Shown here in pieces: positions 1 to 10,209 of a DNA stretch of 64,000 nt. Below the pieces are notes generated by a model. The model ran no database searches, was not told the DNA's origin, and was given only the letters and a program-made list of their open reading frames with translations. The stretch is from Trichormus sp. ATA11-4-KO1 (lineage in GTDB: Bacteria; Cyanobacteriota; Cyanobacteriia; Cyanobacteriales; Nostocaceae), in contig JAHHIM010000005.1 of assembly GCA_019358915.1 (NCBI GenBank), positions 96,001-160,000 on the forward strand. Direction: 5' to 3'. The first letter of the stretch is position 1; each line of letters starts with the position of its first letter. The translations under genes and the position numbers were made by a program.

Positions 1-486
1 GCTGATGTCGTTGCTCAAGCATTACGGTCTTATCTTACGGATGATGTAAAAGTTTTTACCCGTCAAGAATTTATTGATTTTGAAAAAAAGTATTGGCAAG
101 AAAATGGCGCGATTGGTTTTATCTTTTCCTTGGGTGTCACCATCGGATTTTTGGTTGGCGTGATTATTGTTTATCAAATTATTTATAGTGATGTGATGGA
201 TCACTTGCCTGAATACGCCACACTCAAGGCAATGGGTTATCGTAATACTTATTTATTATTTGTGGTGTTGCAAGAGGCATTAATTTTAGCGATATGCGGT
301 TTTATTCCTGGTGGTTTCGTTTCTTTTTTCATGTATGGCTTCACCAGAAACGTCACTAAATTACCACTATTTATGACTTATGCACGGATAATACAAGTTT
401 TGATATTAACAATTATTATGTGTTTGATTTCTGGCGCGATCGCTATGCGGAAGTTAAACTCGGCAGACCCAGCAGATATTTTTTAA
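1..486 (+). CDS. devC: DevC-family ABC exporter permease, 5'-partial (runs off window start)
   Basis: Frame is open from base 1 (ADVVAQALRSYL...FIDFEKKYWQENGAIGFIF) into the listed ORF. It has the DevC hallmarks YQIIYSDVMDHLPEYATLKAMGY and C-terminal RKLNSADPADIF. Confidence 0.9.
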   Translation, partial: ADVVAQALRSYLTDDVKVFTRQEFIDFEKKYWQENGAIGFIFSLGVTIGFLVGVIIVYQIIYSDVMDHLPEYATLKAMGYRNTYLLFVVLQEALILAICGFIPGGFVSFFMYGFTRNVTKLPLFMTYARIIQVLILTIIMCLISGAIAMRKLNSADPADIF

Positions 487-673
487 TCTAGCCGTCTTCA
501 ACGAAGTCAGAGGGAAGAGGGAAGATTCCTTCTGACTTCTTGTTCAACGTATAAGCATAATTACTATAATGCTTATTCATAATTGAACCAGCAAGTACTA
601 AGCAATTTCAGTATAATCTCTATAGGTTACCAAGTATCAATTTGGTGATTGTGTAAAGTAATGCAGGTCATTT

Positions 674-1252
674 ATGAAGCTTTTGTTAACTGGTACGTTT
701 CTAGGTACAGCGATCGCACTGTCACCTTTAGCGGCTAATGCGGCAACTTTTTCTTTCACCAGTGTATTAAATGGTGATCAAGAAGTTCCCTCTATCAGTA
801 CATCTGGTGTAGGTACGGCGACGGGTACACTTAGTGGTGGCCCCGGTAGCTGGGTTTTTGACTATGTGGTCAATTACTCTGGTTTGCAGGGTACCATAGC
901 AGCTCCATTTGCACATATCCATAACGCCCCAGCTGGTCAAAATGGCCCTGTTGTTCACGATCTGGATAATGCCACTCTTCCTCCGATTGCAGGTAGCAAT
1001 TCGGGGACAATTACGGGAGATTGGCGTTTTGATGATGTTACCAATCCCTTGACAGATGTATTAGCGCAGGAACTGTTGAGAGGTAATGCCTACTTTAATC
1101 TGCACACAACCACCTTCCCTAGTGGTGAGATTCGTGGGCAAATTGTCCCCGTCCCTGAACCTACATCAACGTTAAGCTTATTGACACTTGGTGCTTTAGG
1201 TGCAGCCTGGCAATGGAAAAATCGCAAAAATCAGCAGAAATTAATCGGCTAA
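674..1252 (+). CDS. CHRD-domain protein with PEP-CTERM sorting signal
   Basis: Signal peptide, CHRD motifs (LNGDQEVP, AHIHNAPAGQNGPV, YFNLHTTTFPSGEIRGQI), then VPEP, a hydrophobic helix and a basic tail. Confidence 0.9.
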   Translation: MKLLLTGTFLGTAIALSPLAANAATFSFTSVLNGDQEVPSISTSGVGTATGTLSGGPGSWVFDYVVNYSGLQGTIAAPFAHIHNAPAGQNGPVVHDLDNATLPPIAGSNSGTITGDWRFDDVTNPLTDVLAQELLRGNAYFNLHTTTFPSGEIRGQIVPVPEPTSTLSLLTLGALGAAWQWKNRKNQQKLIG

Positions 1253-1296
1253 ATTGCTAAAGTTTAGAGTACTGGAAATTTACAATAATGAACACT

Positions 1297-1325
1297 ACCC
1301 CTAGATGCTTATTTGCTAGGGGTTT
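1297..1325. terminator. Probable intrinsic terminator hairpin between convergent genes
   Basis: ACCCCTAG-atgcttatttg-CTAGGGGT stem followed by T residues. Confidence 0.6.
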
Positions 1326-1374
1326 TATAAATAATTGGCATTAGCGATCGCCGCAAAAACTCGTTTTTTCTTAC

Positions 1375-1878
1375 CTAAATCTGTAACGCCTTAAACCATT
1401 TATTGACAACTGTATTGATAGTTTTTTTAATTTGATGTTTGCGATACCATTTTTGAAAAGCCATTTCGTACTCTTCGCCTTTAGTTTGAAAGGTATTCCA
1501 AATATCAAGCCCTAGTGTCAGTCCACAAAATAGCAAGAAATACAACGACCAAGTAAGACCACCACCACCGACGAAATCCACCAGCAGGAAAAAACTGTTG
1601 ACAATTGCATAATTCCCCACACGTTTTTTAAATCTTCCGATTCGGTAGGAATTAAAAGCTTGCCGTTGTTGGATTTCACTTTGTTGCGATCGCCAGTCAA
1701 TTTCTGCGAGGTTGAGAGATTCTGGTGAAATTTCTAACTCAGTAGCAATTTCCAGCAGTTGCTCATAGGAAAATTCTTTGTCTTGGTCATTGGCTTGACG
1801 AGCGATCGCTAACTGAAGAATTTTCTGCACATCTTCTTGGCTATAAGAACAAAGACTCTGAGGTTCAAATGCCGTCAT
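1375..1878 (-). CDS. 2TM-domain membrane protein
   Basis: N-terminal YSQEDVQKILQLAIARQ/LLEIATELEI and two C-terminal hydrophobic segments, typical of the cyanobacterial 2TM family. Confidence 0.8.
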   Translation of the reverse strand: MTAFEPQSLCSYSQEDVQKILQLAIARQANDQDKEFSYEQLLEIATELEISPESLNLAEIDWRSQQSEIQQRQAFNSYRIGRFKKRVGNYAIVNSFFLLVDFVGGGGLTWSLYFLLFCGLTLGLDIWNTFQTKGEEYEMAFQKWYRKHQIKKTINTVVNKWFKALQI

Positions 1879-2095
1879 AGTTATTATCTCTTAATGTGAC
1901 CTTTACTAACAATTTGTCACCCAGTAGCTGTTAAGCAGCTACAACACCACTGTTATTATTATTTGTACTATACCTACACTAGCAAATCTTAATAGAGCTG
2001 TAGATACATATTTTTCACATTACCGCTCTTTCATCGCTTTCATGAGAGTGACAGAAGAGCGCTAGATCAATTATGGACAATAAATAATTTTATCC

Positions 2096-2992
2096 TCAAT
2101 CTGATCCAATGGTCACTTCACGAACAATTCCTAAAAAAGTGGACAAAATTGGATTGGTAGTATTGGGATACCAAGCAACAGCAAGCTCCAATTCTGGAGA
2201 TGGCTCTAATAAATTTCTGAAGACAACACCAGTAGGTGTTACAGCTTGTGCTGAGGCATGGAGCAGTGAAATCCCAATATCTGCTGAAACTAAACCGAGA
2301 ATGGTTTGCTGAGGAATAACCTCTTGTACAATATTCGGACTAAACCCTGCCTGCTGACACAAATTAATAATGCGATCATAAAGAACTGGACCAACATGAC
2401 GTGGAAAGAGAATAAACGATTCATCAGAAAGTGCCTTGATTGAAATTGACTCAGTTGCAGCCTGAGCCAATGGATGGGTATCTGATAAAACTGCAACTAA
2501 CCTTTCTCGATGAATGGTTTCTAAGACTAAAAACTCATTTTCTAAAGGTGGATGCAGTAACCCTACTTGAAGTTGACCCGATATCAGCGCTTCAACTTGC
2601 TCATTAGTATGGAGTTTTTCTAATGCAAGTTCTACCTGCGGATGTCGCTCTTTGAACAAGCGGACAATTTTAGGCAGAATGCTATTTAAAGCAGGACTTG
2701 TAAAGCCAACAGCAAACCTTCCAATCTCGCCTCGACTCGTGCGTTGTGCCAGTAGAACAGTATATTCAGCTTGTTGGAGTGTTTTTCTGGCCTCCGTTAA
2801 GAAGACTTGCCCTGCTTCTGTCAAGCGCACGGTGCGTTTCGTGCGATAGAACAGCTGCACGCCGATTTCATCTTCTAAATTACGAATTTGACGACTAAGC
2901 GGTTGTTGAGCAATATGCAATCGTTGTGCTGCTCGACCGAAATGTAGTTCTTCAGCCACAGCTACAAAGTAACGGAGATGTCGCAATTCCAT
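2096..2992 (-). CDS. LysR-family transcriptional regulator
   Basis: MELRHLRYFVAVAEELHFGRAAQRLHIAQQPLSRQIRNLE HTH, 298 aa, divergent from the hydrolase gene. Confidence 0.95.
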   Translation of the reverse strand: MELRHLRYFVAVAEELHFGRAAQRLHIAQQPLSRQIRNLEDEIGVQLFYRTKRTVRLTEAGQVFLTEARKTLQQAEYTVLLAQRTSRGEIGRFAVGFTSPALNSILPKIVRLFKERHPQVELALEKLHTNEQVEALISGQLQVGLLHPPLENEFLVLETIHRERLVAVLSDTHPLAQAATESISIKALSDESFILFPRHVGPVLYDRIINLCQQAGFSPNIVQEVIPQQTILGLVSADIGISLLHASAQAVTPTGVVFRNLLEPSPELELAVAWYPNTTNPILSTFLGIVREVTIGSD

Positions 2993-3206
2993 TTGAACTT
3001 TTCAAGTGTTATTCAGTAATCAAATATATGTTGGACATTGATAAAACTTCTTTCTAGCATAATAAGTATGTTGATTACCTGAAAAAAGCTAGATGCCGTA
3101 ACAGCGAGATAATAGCTATGAATTAGCTGTAATTGAACTTTAATAACCAATTTAATTTGACTGATAGAACTAGGCACAAATCCTGGGTTTATGGTGTTTT
3201 TAGTGC

Positions 3207-4955
3207 TTGAAAGGTGTTACTCCAGTGAAATGTTTAATGATTGCTAGTGTTCTACTTTTAGCTTCAGGTTGCGTTAAAGCCGACATGTGGAATTCCAAAG
3301 CAGTTCAACCTGCTGCGTCTCCAGCTACGGAGTCTCCTCAACTTCACACTAGCCAACTCGTTAATACACTCCGACAGGGCGGCTATGTAATTTACATTCG
3401 TCATACTGCAACAGATTGGTCTCAAGCCGATATCAGAGAAGGAGGAGAATGGTGGAAGAATTGTGAGGCTCATCGCAATCTATCTCCAGAGGGTCGAGTC
3501 CAAGCTCAAGTAATCGGTGATGCTCTACGTACTCTTGGCATTCCTATTGGTCAAGTAATTGCTAGTGAATATTGCCGAACTGTAGAAACAGCGCAATTAA
3601 TGAAGGTTGGTTCTGTTCAAACAACAAAACGTCTGAATGGGCGGCGTTCTTGGCAAAACTTAAACGGCAAATCAGGACAAGAACAGCTGGTTGCAGAAAC
3701 TCGAATATTGTTGGGTACTCCCCCTGCACCTGGTGTTAACAAGGTTTTGGTGTCTCATATACACAACTTTAAAGAACCAGCACATCCTGTATTGAGTGAA
3801 ATTGCAGAAGGAGAAGCAGCAATTTTTAAACCATCTGATGATGGAAGCTTTACGCTCATCGCTCGTGTCACTTCCACGAAGTGGGTTGAACTAACTCAAA
3901 ACTCAGTATCAACTGCGATCGCACAATCTCTTTTAAAACAGCAGTTTTCTCTAAATTCATCTCAAGTGACGCGAAAGGATTTTTATGTGACGAGTGATCC
4001 TGGTATTCAAATTTTTGTCCGGGAGGTTTTGTTGGGCGATCGCACCAAAAGTTCAAATCCCCCAATCTTGTTAATTCATGGGGGTGGCCCCGGCGGTATT
4101 GCTTCTTTTGACTTAAATGTGCCTGGATACTCACTTGCCGCAGATTTTGCTGCTGCTGGACATTCAGTTTACATCATAAATGTGCGGGGTTGGGAACGTT
4201 CTACGCGTCCTACAGCTTTAGATCAACCACCAGAAAAAAATCCGCCATCTGTCCCCTCAGACGCAGCAGTGCGAGATATTGAAGCCGTAGTCGATGCCAT
4301 TCGCGACCTTCATCAAGGACAACCTGTGGCACTTGTCGGTTGGGCAACTGGCGGACATTGGGCAGGGATGTATACGAGTCAAAACAATGAAAAAGTTAGC
4401 CACTTGGTAATGCTCAATAGCCTCTATGGTGTTGATGCGCCTTGGAAACTTCGTCATGCCTTTGAAGACCCAAATAAGCCAGGAACATTTGACTCTGATG
4501 CAGGAGCATACCGAATAACAGATGCTGAAGGGTTAATTGCTCAATGGAACCGAACAATTCCAGTTGAAGATAAGAGTCAGTGGCGTGACCCTGCTGTTGT
4601 TGATGCATATCAACATACAGCGCTTGCAAGAGGCGCCAACGGTAATACTAGTACTCCTTCTAGTCTGAGAATTCCATCTGCTTATCGATTGGAGAGTTAC
4701 AATCTCTCACTCGGTCAAAAGTATTGGGAGGCATCAGATATTACTGTTCCAACACTGGTTATTCGAGGTGAACTTGATTTTTGGTCTAGACAGGAAGATT
4801 TGCAAGCTCTCAAAGCAGAGTTAGTGAATGCATCCAGGGTTAAAACAGTGACTATTCCCAGTGGAACACATTATTTGTTCAATGACCGACCAGAGCGGGG
4901 GCGAGATTTTTTCATTCGACAGGTGTTATTGTTTCTGAGAAATAATGCTGGTTGA
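3207..4955 (+). CDS. Putative lipoprotein: histidine-phosphatase-like domain fused to an alpha/beta-hydrolase fold (start uncertain)
   Basis: Lipobox LASGC. N-domain has YIRH, RNLSPEG and SEYCRTVETA. C-domain has ILLIHGG, a GWATGG elbow, PTLVIRGELD and GTH. Confidence 0.75.
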   Translation: MKGVTPVKCLMIASVLLLASGCVKADMWNSKAVQPAASPATESPQLHTSQLVNTLRQGGYVIYIRHTATDWSQADIREGGEWWKNCEAHRNLSPEGRVQAQVIGDALRTLGIPIGQVIASEYCRTVETAQLMKVGSVQTTKRLNGRRSWQNLNGKSGQEQLVAETRILLGTPPAPGVNKVLVSHIHNFKEPAHPVLSEIAEGEAAIFKPSDDGSFTLIARVTSTKWVELTQNSVSTAIAQSLLKQQFSLNSSQVTRKDFYVTSDPGIQIFVREVLLGDRTKSSNPPILLIHGGGPGGIASFDLNVPGYSLAADFAAAGHSVYIINVRGWERSTRPTALDQPPEKNPPSVPSDAAVRDIEAVVDAIRDLHQGQPVALVGWATGGHWAGMYTSQNNEKVSHLVMLNSLYGVDAPWKLRHAFEDPNKPGTFDSDAGAYRITDAEGLIAQWNRTIPVEDKSQWRDPAVVDAYQHTALARGANGNTSTPSSLRIPSAYRLESYNLSLGQKYWEASDITVPTLVIRGELDFWSRQEDLQALKAELVNASRVKTVTIPSGTHYLFNDRPERGRDFFIRQVLLFLRNNAG

Positions 4956-5136
4956 ACAGCTGGCAATACTGCTCAGTTAAGGAAATAGGGGTAAAAGGAA
5001 CTCACCCTTCTCAAATTTGGCGAATTCCTGCCAGTCTGGCATCCTCCAAAAGAATATATCTGCTATTGCACCCAAATTTAATTCTTTTTCCCCACCTCCC
5101 ACTCTGCGGGAAGCTACTATCGCGTCTACATCACTC

Positions 5137-5835
5137 TCATCTCCCTACTCCCCCCTGATGCTCACACTTAAAACCTTGACTTTGCCAAGCTTGCATATCT
5201 ACATCGGCAAGTCTTGTAATATCTGAGCATTTTGGCTGCATAATTTGACTTAAAATTGCCCAAAAAAAGCTGCGTGTTACATCTAATCCAGTTTTCACCC
5301 AAGACTCATAATTACCTGGAATGCCCTGCTCTTGAACAATATCTGGTTCTACCCAAATACCATGAGCACCCAAGAGAATCTGTGCCATCCATTTAGCTCT
5401 GGGTAGATGAGTTGGTGAGGTAATCAATTTTATCTTATGTACTCCCCATTGCTGCAAAATAGGAATTCCATAGTAAAAATTCTCAAAAGTGGAATTCGCA
5501 CAATTTTCTAACCACACGTTTTGCCACTCTGCTGCTTCTCGCTGAAAAATTAGCCATATACAGGGTTGTGGGGAACCATGAGAAATTAAAACTGGAATTT
5601 GCGGATCTGCTTTCGCTGCTTGGGCAACATAAATTTCTCTGCTAATACTACCACCAAGCACAAAGAAGGCATCTACTGGCCCAGAGGATGCCCAAACTAG
5701 GGTTACAGTGGTAAAAATTAGCCAACTACCAAATGTCAGGCATAAACCACAAGCTATTTTTTGTAGCAATTGCCACTGTTTACGGAATTTTCTCATGGGA
5801 GAAATTGATGAAGTTTTGGTAAATTTATGTCTCAT
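5137..5835 (-). CDS. YdcF/ElyC (DUF218) family protein
   Basis: N-terminal TM, VLGG, STFEN and ITSPTHLPRA motifs. Start placed at ATG 5835. Confidence 0.8.
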   Translation of the reverse strand: MRHKFTKTSSISPMRKFRKQWQLLQKIACGLCLTFGSWLIFTTVTLVWASSGPVDAFFVLGGSISREIYVAQAAKADPQIPVLISHGSPQPCIWLIFQREAAEWQNVWLENCANSTFENFYYGIPILQQWGVHKIKLITSPTHLPRAKWMAQILLGAHGIWVEPDIVQEQGIPGNYESWVKTGLDVTRSFFWAILSQIMQPKCSDITRLADVDMQAWQSQGFKCEHQGGVGR

Positions 5836-6179
5836 GACATAGGTAATAAAAGCTTGGTTAAATAATCTCAAAAAGACCTACAATTAAGCCAGCGAAGTGC
5901 TATCTTATAAAAATAATATAGGGTGTAAAGCTGACACTAGTAAAAGTGTCACAACAACGTCATAGTAATGACACAGTAGCTTCATAGTGTCATATTAGAC
6001 TACTAAAGAAGCTCGCAGGTGCAGAAATTATCATTATAAAGTAGCGCAAAATTTTCAGGATAATTATAAGGAGAAAATAATGAATGTAACATAACTGAAA
6101 ATCGAGTATAAAAACTTAAAAATTTTCCAAAAGCCTGATTGCTAAACTGTCAACAATACAACTATTTCAACTGATATAC

Positions 6180-7517
6180 ATGAACCAATCTGCGAAATCT
6201 TACTCGCCGCTCCAAGTAGCCTTGATTGGTGGAGCGATCGCCACGACCGCCACTGTGTCCGTATTTGGCTCTGCTTGGACTCGCTGCGTTCGTGCTGCCC
6301 TACAAGATAGCCCGAAAACGTTAGTTGACCAAGCATGGCAATTGGTAAATCGTGAGTATGTTGATGGCAGTTTTAATCAACAAGATTGGCTAGCCACGAG
6401 GCAGAGCTTGTTAAGCAAAGAATATTCTTCTAATGAACAAGCTTATGTGGCAATTCGCGAAGCTTTACAAACGTTGGGAGATCCTTACACGCGGTTCATG
6501 GACCCCAAACAGTATCAAGCTCTGACCAGCCAAACATCAGGGGAAGTCTCAGGGATTGGCATTCGCATGGAAGTGAATGACAAAACCAAGCGCCTCACTG
6601 TTTTAGAAGCCATAGAAAATTCTCCAGCGCGCAAAGCTGGGGTCAAAGCAGGCGACGAGATTTTAGCTATTGACGGCAAATCCACTGCTCAAATGAAAGT
6701 GGAAGATGCTTCTCAACTGATTCGCGGCAAAGCCGGTACTCCCATTACACTACAATTGGGGAGAACAGGGCGCACTGCATTTGATTTGAAGCTGACACGG
6801 GCGACTATTGAAATCCCCACAGTGAATTATACCCTCAAGCAAGAAGGTAATCGCCGCGTTGGCTATATCCGTTTGCGGGAGTTTAGTAGTCATGCGTCCG
6901 ATCAAATGCGCCGAGCCATTCGCAATTTGAACGGTCAGAACGTCGATGCTTTTGTCTTAGATTTGCGCGGTAACCCTGGGGGGTTGTTAAATTCCAGCAT
7001 TGAAATTGCCCGGATGTGGCTGGATCATGGCGGCATTGTGCGCACAGTTAACCGCGCCGGAGGCAGTGAAGTAACTAGAGCTAATCGCACAGCTCTGACA
7101 CAACTACCCTTGGCAATTCTCGTGGATGGGAATTCAGCTAGTGCTAGCGAAATCCTGACAGGTGCGCTCAAGGATAATAACCGAGCGGTAGTTATTGGTA
7201 GTCAAACCTTTGGTAAAGCACTGGTGCAGTCTGTGCATGAACTCTCAGACGGTTCAGGTTTGGCAGTCACCATCGCCCACTACTATACTCCCGATGGCAC
7301 GGATATTAATAAAAAAGGGATTGTGCCAGATATCAAGCTAGACTTGACAGCAGCACAAGAGCGTCAGCTAGCATCCAACCCCAATTTAGTGGGAACTCAA
7401 AGTGATCCCCAATATACCCGTGCGATCGCGGCACTATCTAGTAACACCTTCGCCCAGCCTCCAGCAAACCAACCCAACCAACCTGTGAGCGCTGGCGCTA
7501 GGGACTTGAAATTTTAG
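6180..7517 (+). CDS. ctpB: Carboxyl-terminal processing protease (S41), CtpB type
   Basis: PDZ GIGI, DLRGNPGG, SASASEI and TFGKALVQ motifs. Confidence 0.9.
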   Translation: MNQSAKSYSPLQVALIGGAIATTATVSVFGSAWTRCVRAALQDSPKTLVDQAWQLVNREYVDGSFNQQDWLATRQSLLSKEYSSNEQAYVAIREALQTLGDPYTRFMDPKQYQALTSQTSGEVSGIGIRMEVNDKTKRLTVLEAIENSPARKAGVKAGDEILAIDGKSTAQMKVEDASQLIRGKAGTPITLQLGRTGRTAFDLKLTRATIEIPTVNYTLKQEGNRRVGYIRLREFSSHASDQMRRAIRNLNGQNVDAFVLDLRGNPGGLLNSSIEIARMWLDHGGIVRTVNRAGGSEVTRANRTALTQLPLAILVDGNSASASEILTGALKDNNRAVVIGSQTFGKALVQSVHELSDGSGLAVTIAHYYTPDGTDINKKGIVPDIKLDLTAAQERQLASNPNLVGTQSDPQYTRAIAALSSNTFAQPPANQPNQPVSAGARDLKF

Positions 7518-7648
7518 TTTGCACATATATACTAGTATTCCCACATCCAGCATTCTGGAGTCATGAAAACTATCTGAGTATTACCGTTACCGGATTTTGG
7601 ATTGGGAATACTTAAGTTAGTAATCCCATCCCCAAAATCTCACATTTT

Positions 7649-8611
7649 ATGAATCAGCCAGTTGATGCAACCACTGCCAAAAGCTTCTTGCCCATGGTAT
7701 CAGTGGTTGTTCCTATTTATAACGGTGAACCAGATTTACCAAAATTAATCAATTGTCTGTTATCTCAAACTTACCCACAAGACCGGGTAGAGTACTTACT
7801 AGTGGACAATAACAGCAGCGATCGCACTCTCACTGTGCTAAAAACATCTGCTGAGAATTCCCCTATAATTCATGCCTTAAGCGAAAACCAAATTCAAAGC
7901 TCTTATGCTGCCCGCAATACGGGAATTCGCGCCGCCGTGGGCGAAATTGTGGCTTTTACGGATGCTGATTGTCACCCACAACCGCAATGGCTATCCTCAT
8001 TAATCCAGCCTTTTATTGATCCAGATGTGGTAATTGTGGCTGGGGAAATTGCCGCACTACCAGGCAATACTCTTCTAGAACAACACGCAGAGCATCAAGA
8101 AACCTTATCCCAAAAACACACTCTTGCCCATCCTTTTTGTCCCTACGGTCAAACTGCTAATTTGGCAATTCGTCGTATAGCTTTAGAAAAAGCTGGTTTA
8201 TTTCGTCCCCATCTCACTACTGGCGGCGATGCAGATATTTGCTGGCGGATACTACGGCAAAATATCGGGCGTTTAGAATTTTCCCCAGAGGCGATCGTTC
8301 AGCATCGTCATCGGACTACATTCCAGGAACTGCAAAGTCAATGGCGACGTTATGGCTGCTCAAATCGCTACCTACACGAACTGCACGGTGTAGAGTTAAT
8401 GCCAGAGATGACAGCTAAAAAATACAGCTATAGTTTGCTACGTTGGTTACTTAAGGAACTGCCCAAAGAAAGTTTCAAGGCGATCGCAGGTCAAGCCACA
8501 CTTGTAGATTTATTAAATACTCCCATTGGTTTGTTCACTGCGAGGGCGCGTGCTGCTGGACAAAAAAGCGCCAAGCTGCCAGAGAATGCCAAAATCATCG
8601 AGTGGCTATAG
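7649..8611 (+). CDS. Glycosyltransferase family 2
   Basis: VSVVVPIYN, VDNNSSD, ARNTG and FTDAD (DxD) motifs. Confidence 0.9.
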   Translation: MNQPVDATTAKSFLPMVSVVVPIYNGEPDLPKLINCLLSQTYPQDRVEYLLVDNNSSDRTLTVLKTSAENSPIIHALSENQIQSSYAARNTGIRAAVGEIVAFTDADCHPQPQWLSSLIQPFIDPDVVIVAGEIAALPGNTLLEQHAEHQETLSQKHTLAHPFCPYGQTANLAIRRIALEKAGLFRPHLTTGGDADICWRILRQNIGRLEFSPEAIVQHRHRTTFQELQSQWRRYGCSNRYLHELHGVELMPEMTAKKYSYSLLRWLLKELPKESFKAIAGQATLVDLLNTPIGLFTARARAAGQKSAKLPENAKIIEWL

Positions 8612-8708
8612 GGTGTATTGAAATATTCATACTTTCGCTATTATTCTTCTTGCTCAATACCTAACAACTTTCGCTAAATTGGAAAAAGGTAAATACAGGG
8701 AAACTTCA

Positions 8709-9404
8709 ATGTCAGCACAATTGTTACTGGTAGATGATGAACCAGGATTGCGGGAAGCCGTAAGAGATTATTTGCAAGAAAGCGGTTTCAGCGTTCAAGT
8801 TGCCAGTAACGCCCGTGAGGGATGGGATTTGATGCAGCAGCATACACCTGACTTAGTGATTTCTGATATCATGATGCCCCAGGTTGATGGCTATCAGTTC
8901 CTCAGACAACTGCGAGAAGATCCCCGCTTTCAAGCACTCCCAGTAGTATTTTTAACTGCTAAAGGCATGACAGGCGATCGCATTCAAGGCTATCAAGCTG
9001 GTGTTGATGCGTACTTACCCAAGCCTTTCGATCCCGATGAGTTAGTGGCAATAGTGGAAAACTTACTCTCCCGCCGCACCGCCAAACTTCCAGCCATCGG
9101 TGAAGACAGCGAAACCCCTGACATTGCTGAATTAGCTAATCAGATTGCCCAAATTAAGGCATTGTTAACCCAAAGAAGTGCCATATCTCAATCTCCAGCC
9201 CCGTTTAAAATTGATTTGACTCCCAGAGAACAAAGTGTTTTAAATCTGGTAGCTGAAGGGTTGATGAACAAAGAAATCGCCCGACGCTTAGAAACCAGCG
9301 TCCGTAATGTAGAAAAATATGTTAGCCGTTTATTTAGTAAAACAGGCACCAATAGCCGTACCGAGTTAGTGCGTTTTGCATTAGAACACGGTCTTGCTAA
9401 TTGA
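8709..9404 (+). CDS. ycf29: NarL/LuxR-family response regulator, Ycf29/Rre1-like
   Basis: Receiver domain (LLVDD, DIMMP, FLTAK, KPF) plus LuxR HTH LTPREQSVLNLVAEGLMNKEIA. Start placed at ATG 8709. Confidence 0.8.
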   Translation: MSAQLLLVDDEPGLREAVRDYLQESGFSVQVASNAREGWDLMQQHTPDLVISDIMMPQVDGYQFLRQLREDPRFQALPVVFLTAKGMTGDRIQGYQAGVDAYLPKPFDPDELVAIVENLLSRRTAKLPAIGEDSETPDIAELANQIAQIKALLTQRSAISQSPAPFKIDLTPREQSVLNLVAEGLMNKEIARRLETSVRNVEKYVSRLFSKTGTNSRTELVRFALEHGLAN

Positions 9405-9460
9405 TACTCTCCCAGTAACGCTGTGGTGGGAAAGTTTTCTTGAGAGGACTTTAGCTATTA

Positions 9461-9483
9461 GCCATAGGTTTATCACCTATGGC
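9461..9483 (+). terminator. Hairpin downstream of the response regulator
   Basis: GCCATAGGT-ttatc-ACCTATGGC perfect stem. Confidence 0.5.
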
Positions 9484-9775
9484 GATTTATGAATCTACAT
9501 CTTACGCCAATTTATCCAACCTGAGAGCCAAATTTAGCTACAAACTAACTAAACTTGCTGAAAACTTAAGCTATCACTTGTTTCCCAGATGTTGGAAGAA
9601 TCAAAAGATTTAACAAAAACCGTTAAGCTAGTCTATCAGTAGACACCCCATTATCTCCGTAGTGTCAAAGGTGAGGGCTACTGTAGATGCTTTTTTGGCT
9701 TTTCAAAGGGTAGCAAAAAACTTAGCTTGTCGCCTTGGGATAAGGTTATACAAGCCCACCTTGGAAAAAGTTCTT

Positions 9776-9845
9776 CCTTCGTGTAAAGCCCTACGGGTAT
9801 AGCTGCGCTTAGAGCGGTAGCGGGGCGTAAAGCCCGTGCTGAGTA
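9776..9845. repeat. Cluster of small GC-rich hairpin dispersed repeats (SDR-like)
   Basis: Adjacent units aaGCCCtacGGGTatagctgcgctta and gagcggtagCGGGGCgtaaaGCCCG in an AT-rich spacer. Confidence 0.5.
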
Positions 9846-9927
9846 AAAAATACTAGACCCTAGACCCTAAACCCTTTTTCATTTTTTCTAGTATATGCAG
9901 TTTTAAATTACAGCTTTAGTTTTTTCT

Positions 9928-10209
9928 CTATTGACTATTATCAACAGCATTGCGTAAGCGCATCAGTTGACGTCGCATTTGGGGTGAGGCTTTGAATTCA
10001 GACACTTCTTGCGCCTTGACAGATGCTTGCAGCGTCTCCAGAAACTCATCAGATCCTTCGGTCAAAGCGTCTAGCAGCACCTGTAAAAGTTGCTCGCGAT
10101 CGCCCAATAGACTTTTTTCCTCAATCAACCGGAATTTGAGATGTATTTCGCATTCATAAACACCTACTTCAATATTATTTATCTGGCGTGGTAATGCTTT
10201 CGAGTTCAT
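9928..10209 (-). CDS. Asr1734/Npun_R1517-family small negative regulator of heterocyst differentiation
   Basis: 93 aa MNSKALPRQINNIEVGVYECEIHLKFRLIEEK, positioned between the ycf29-like regulator and ndhM as recalled for Anabaena PCC 7120. Confidence 0.85.
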   Translation of the reverse strand: MNSKALPRQINNIEVGVYECEIHLKFRLIEEKSLLGDREQLLQVLLDALTEGSDEFLETLQASVKAQEVSEFKASPQMRRQLMRLRNAVDNSQ

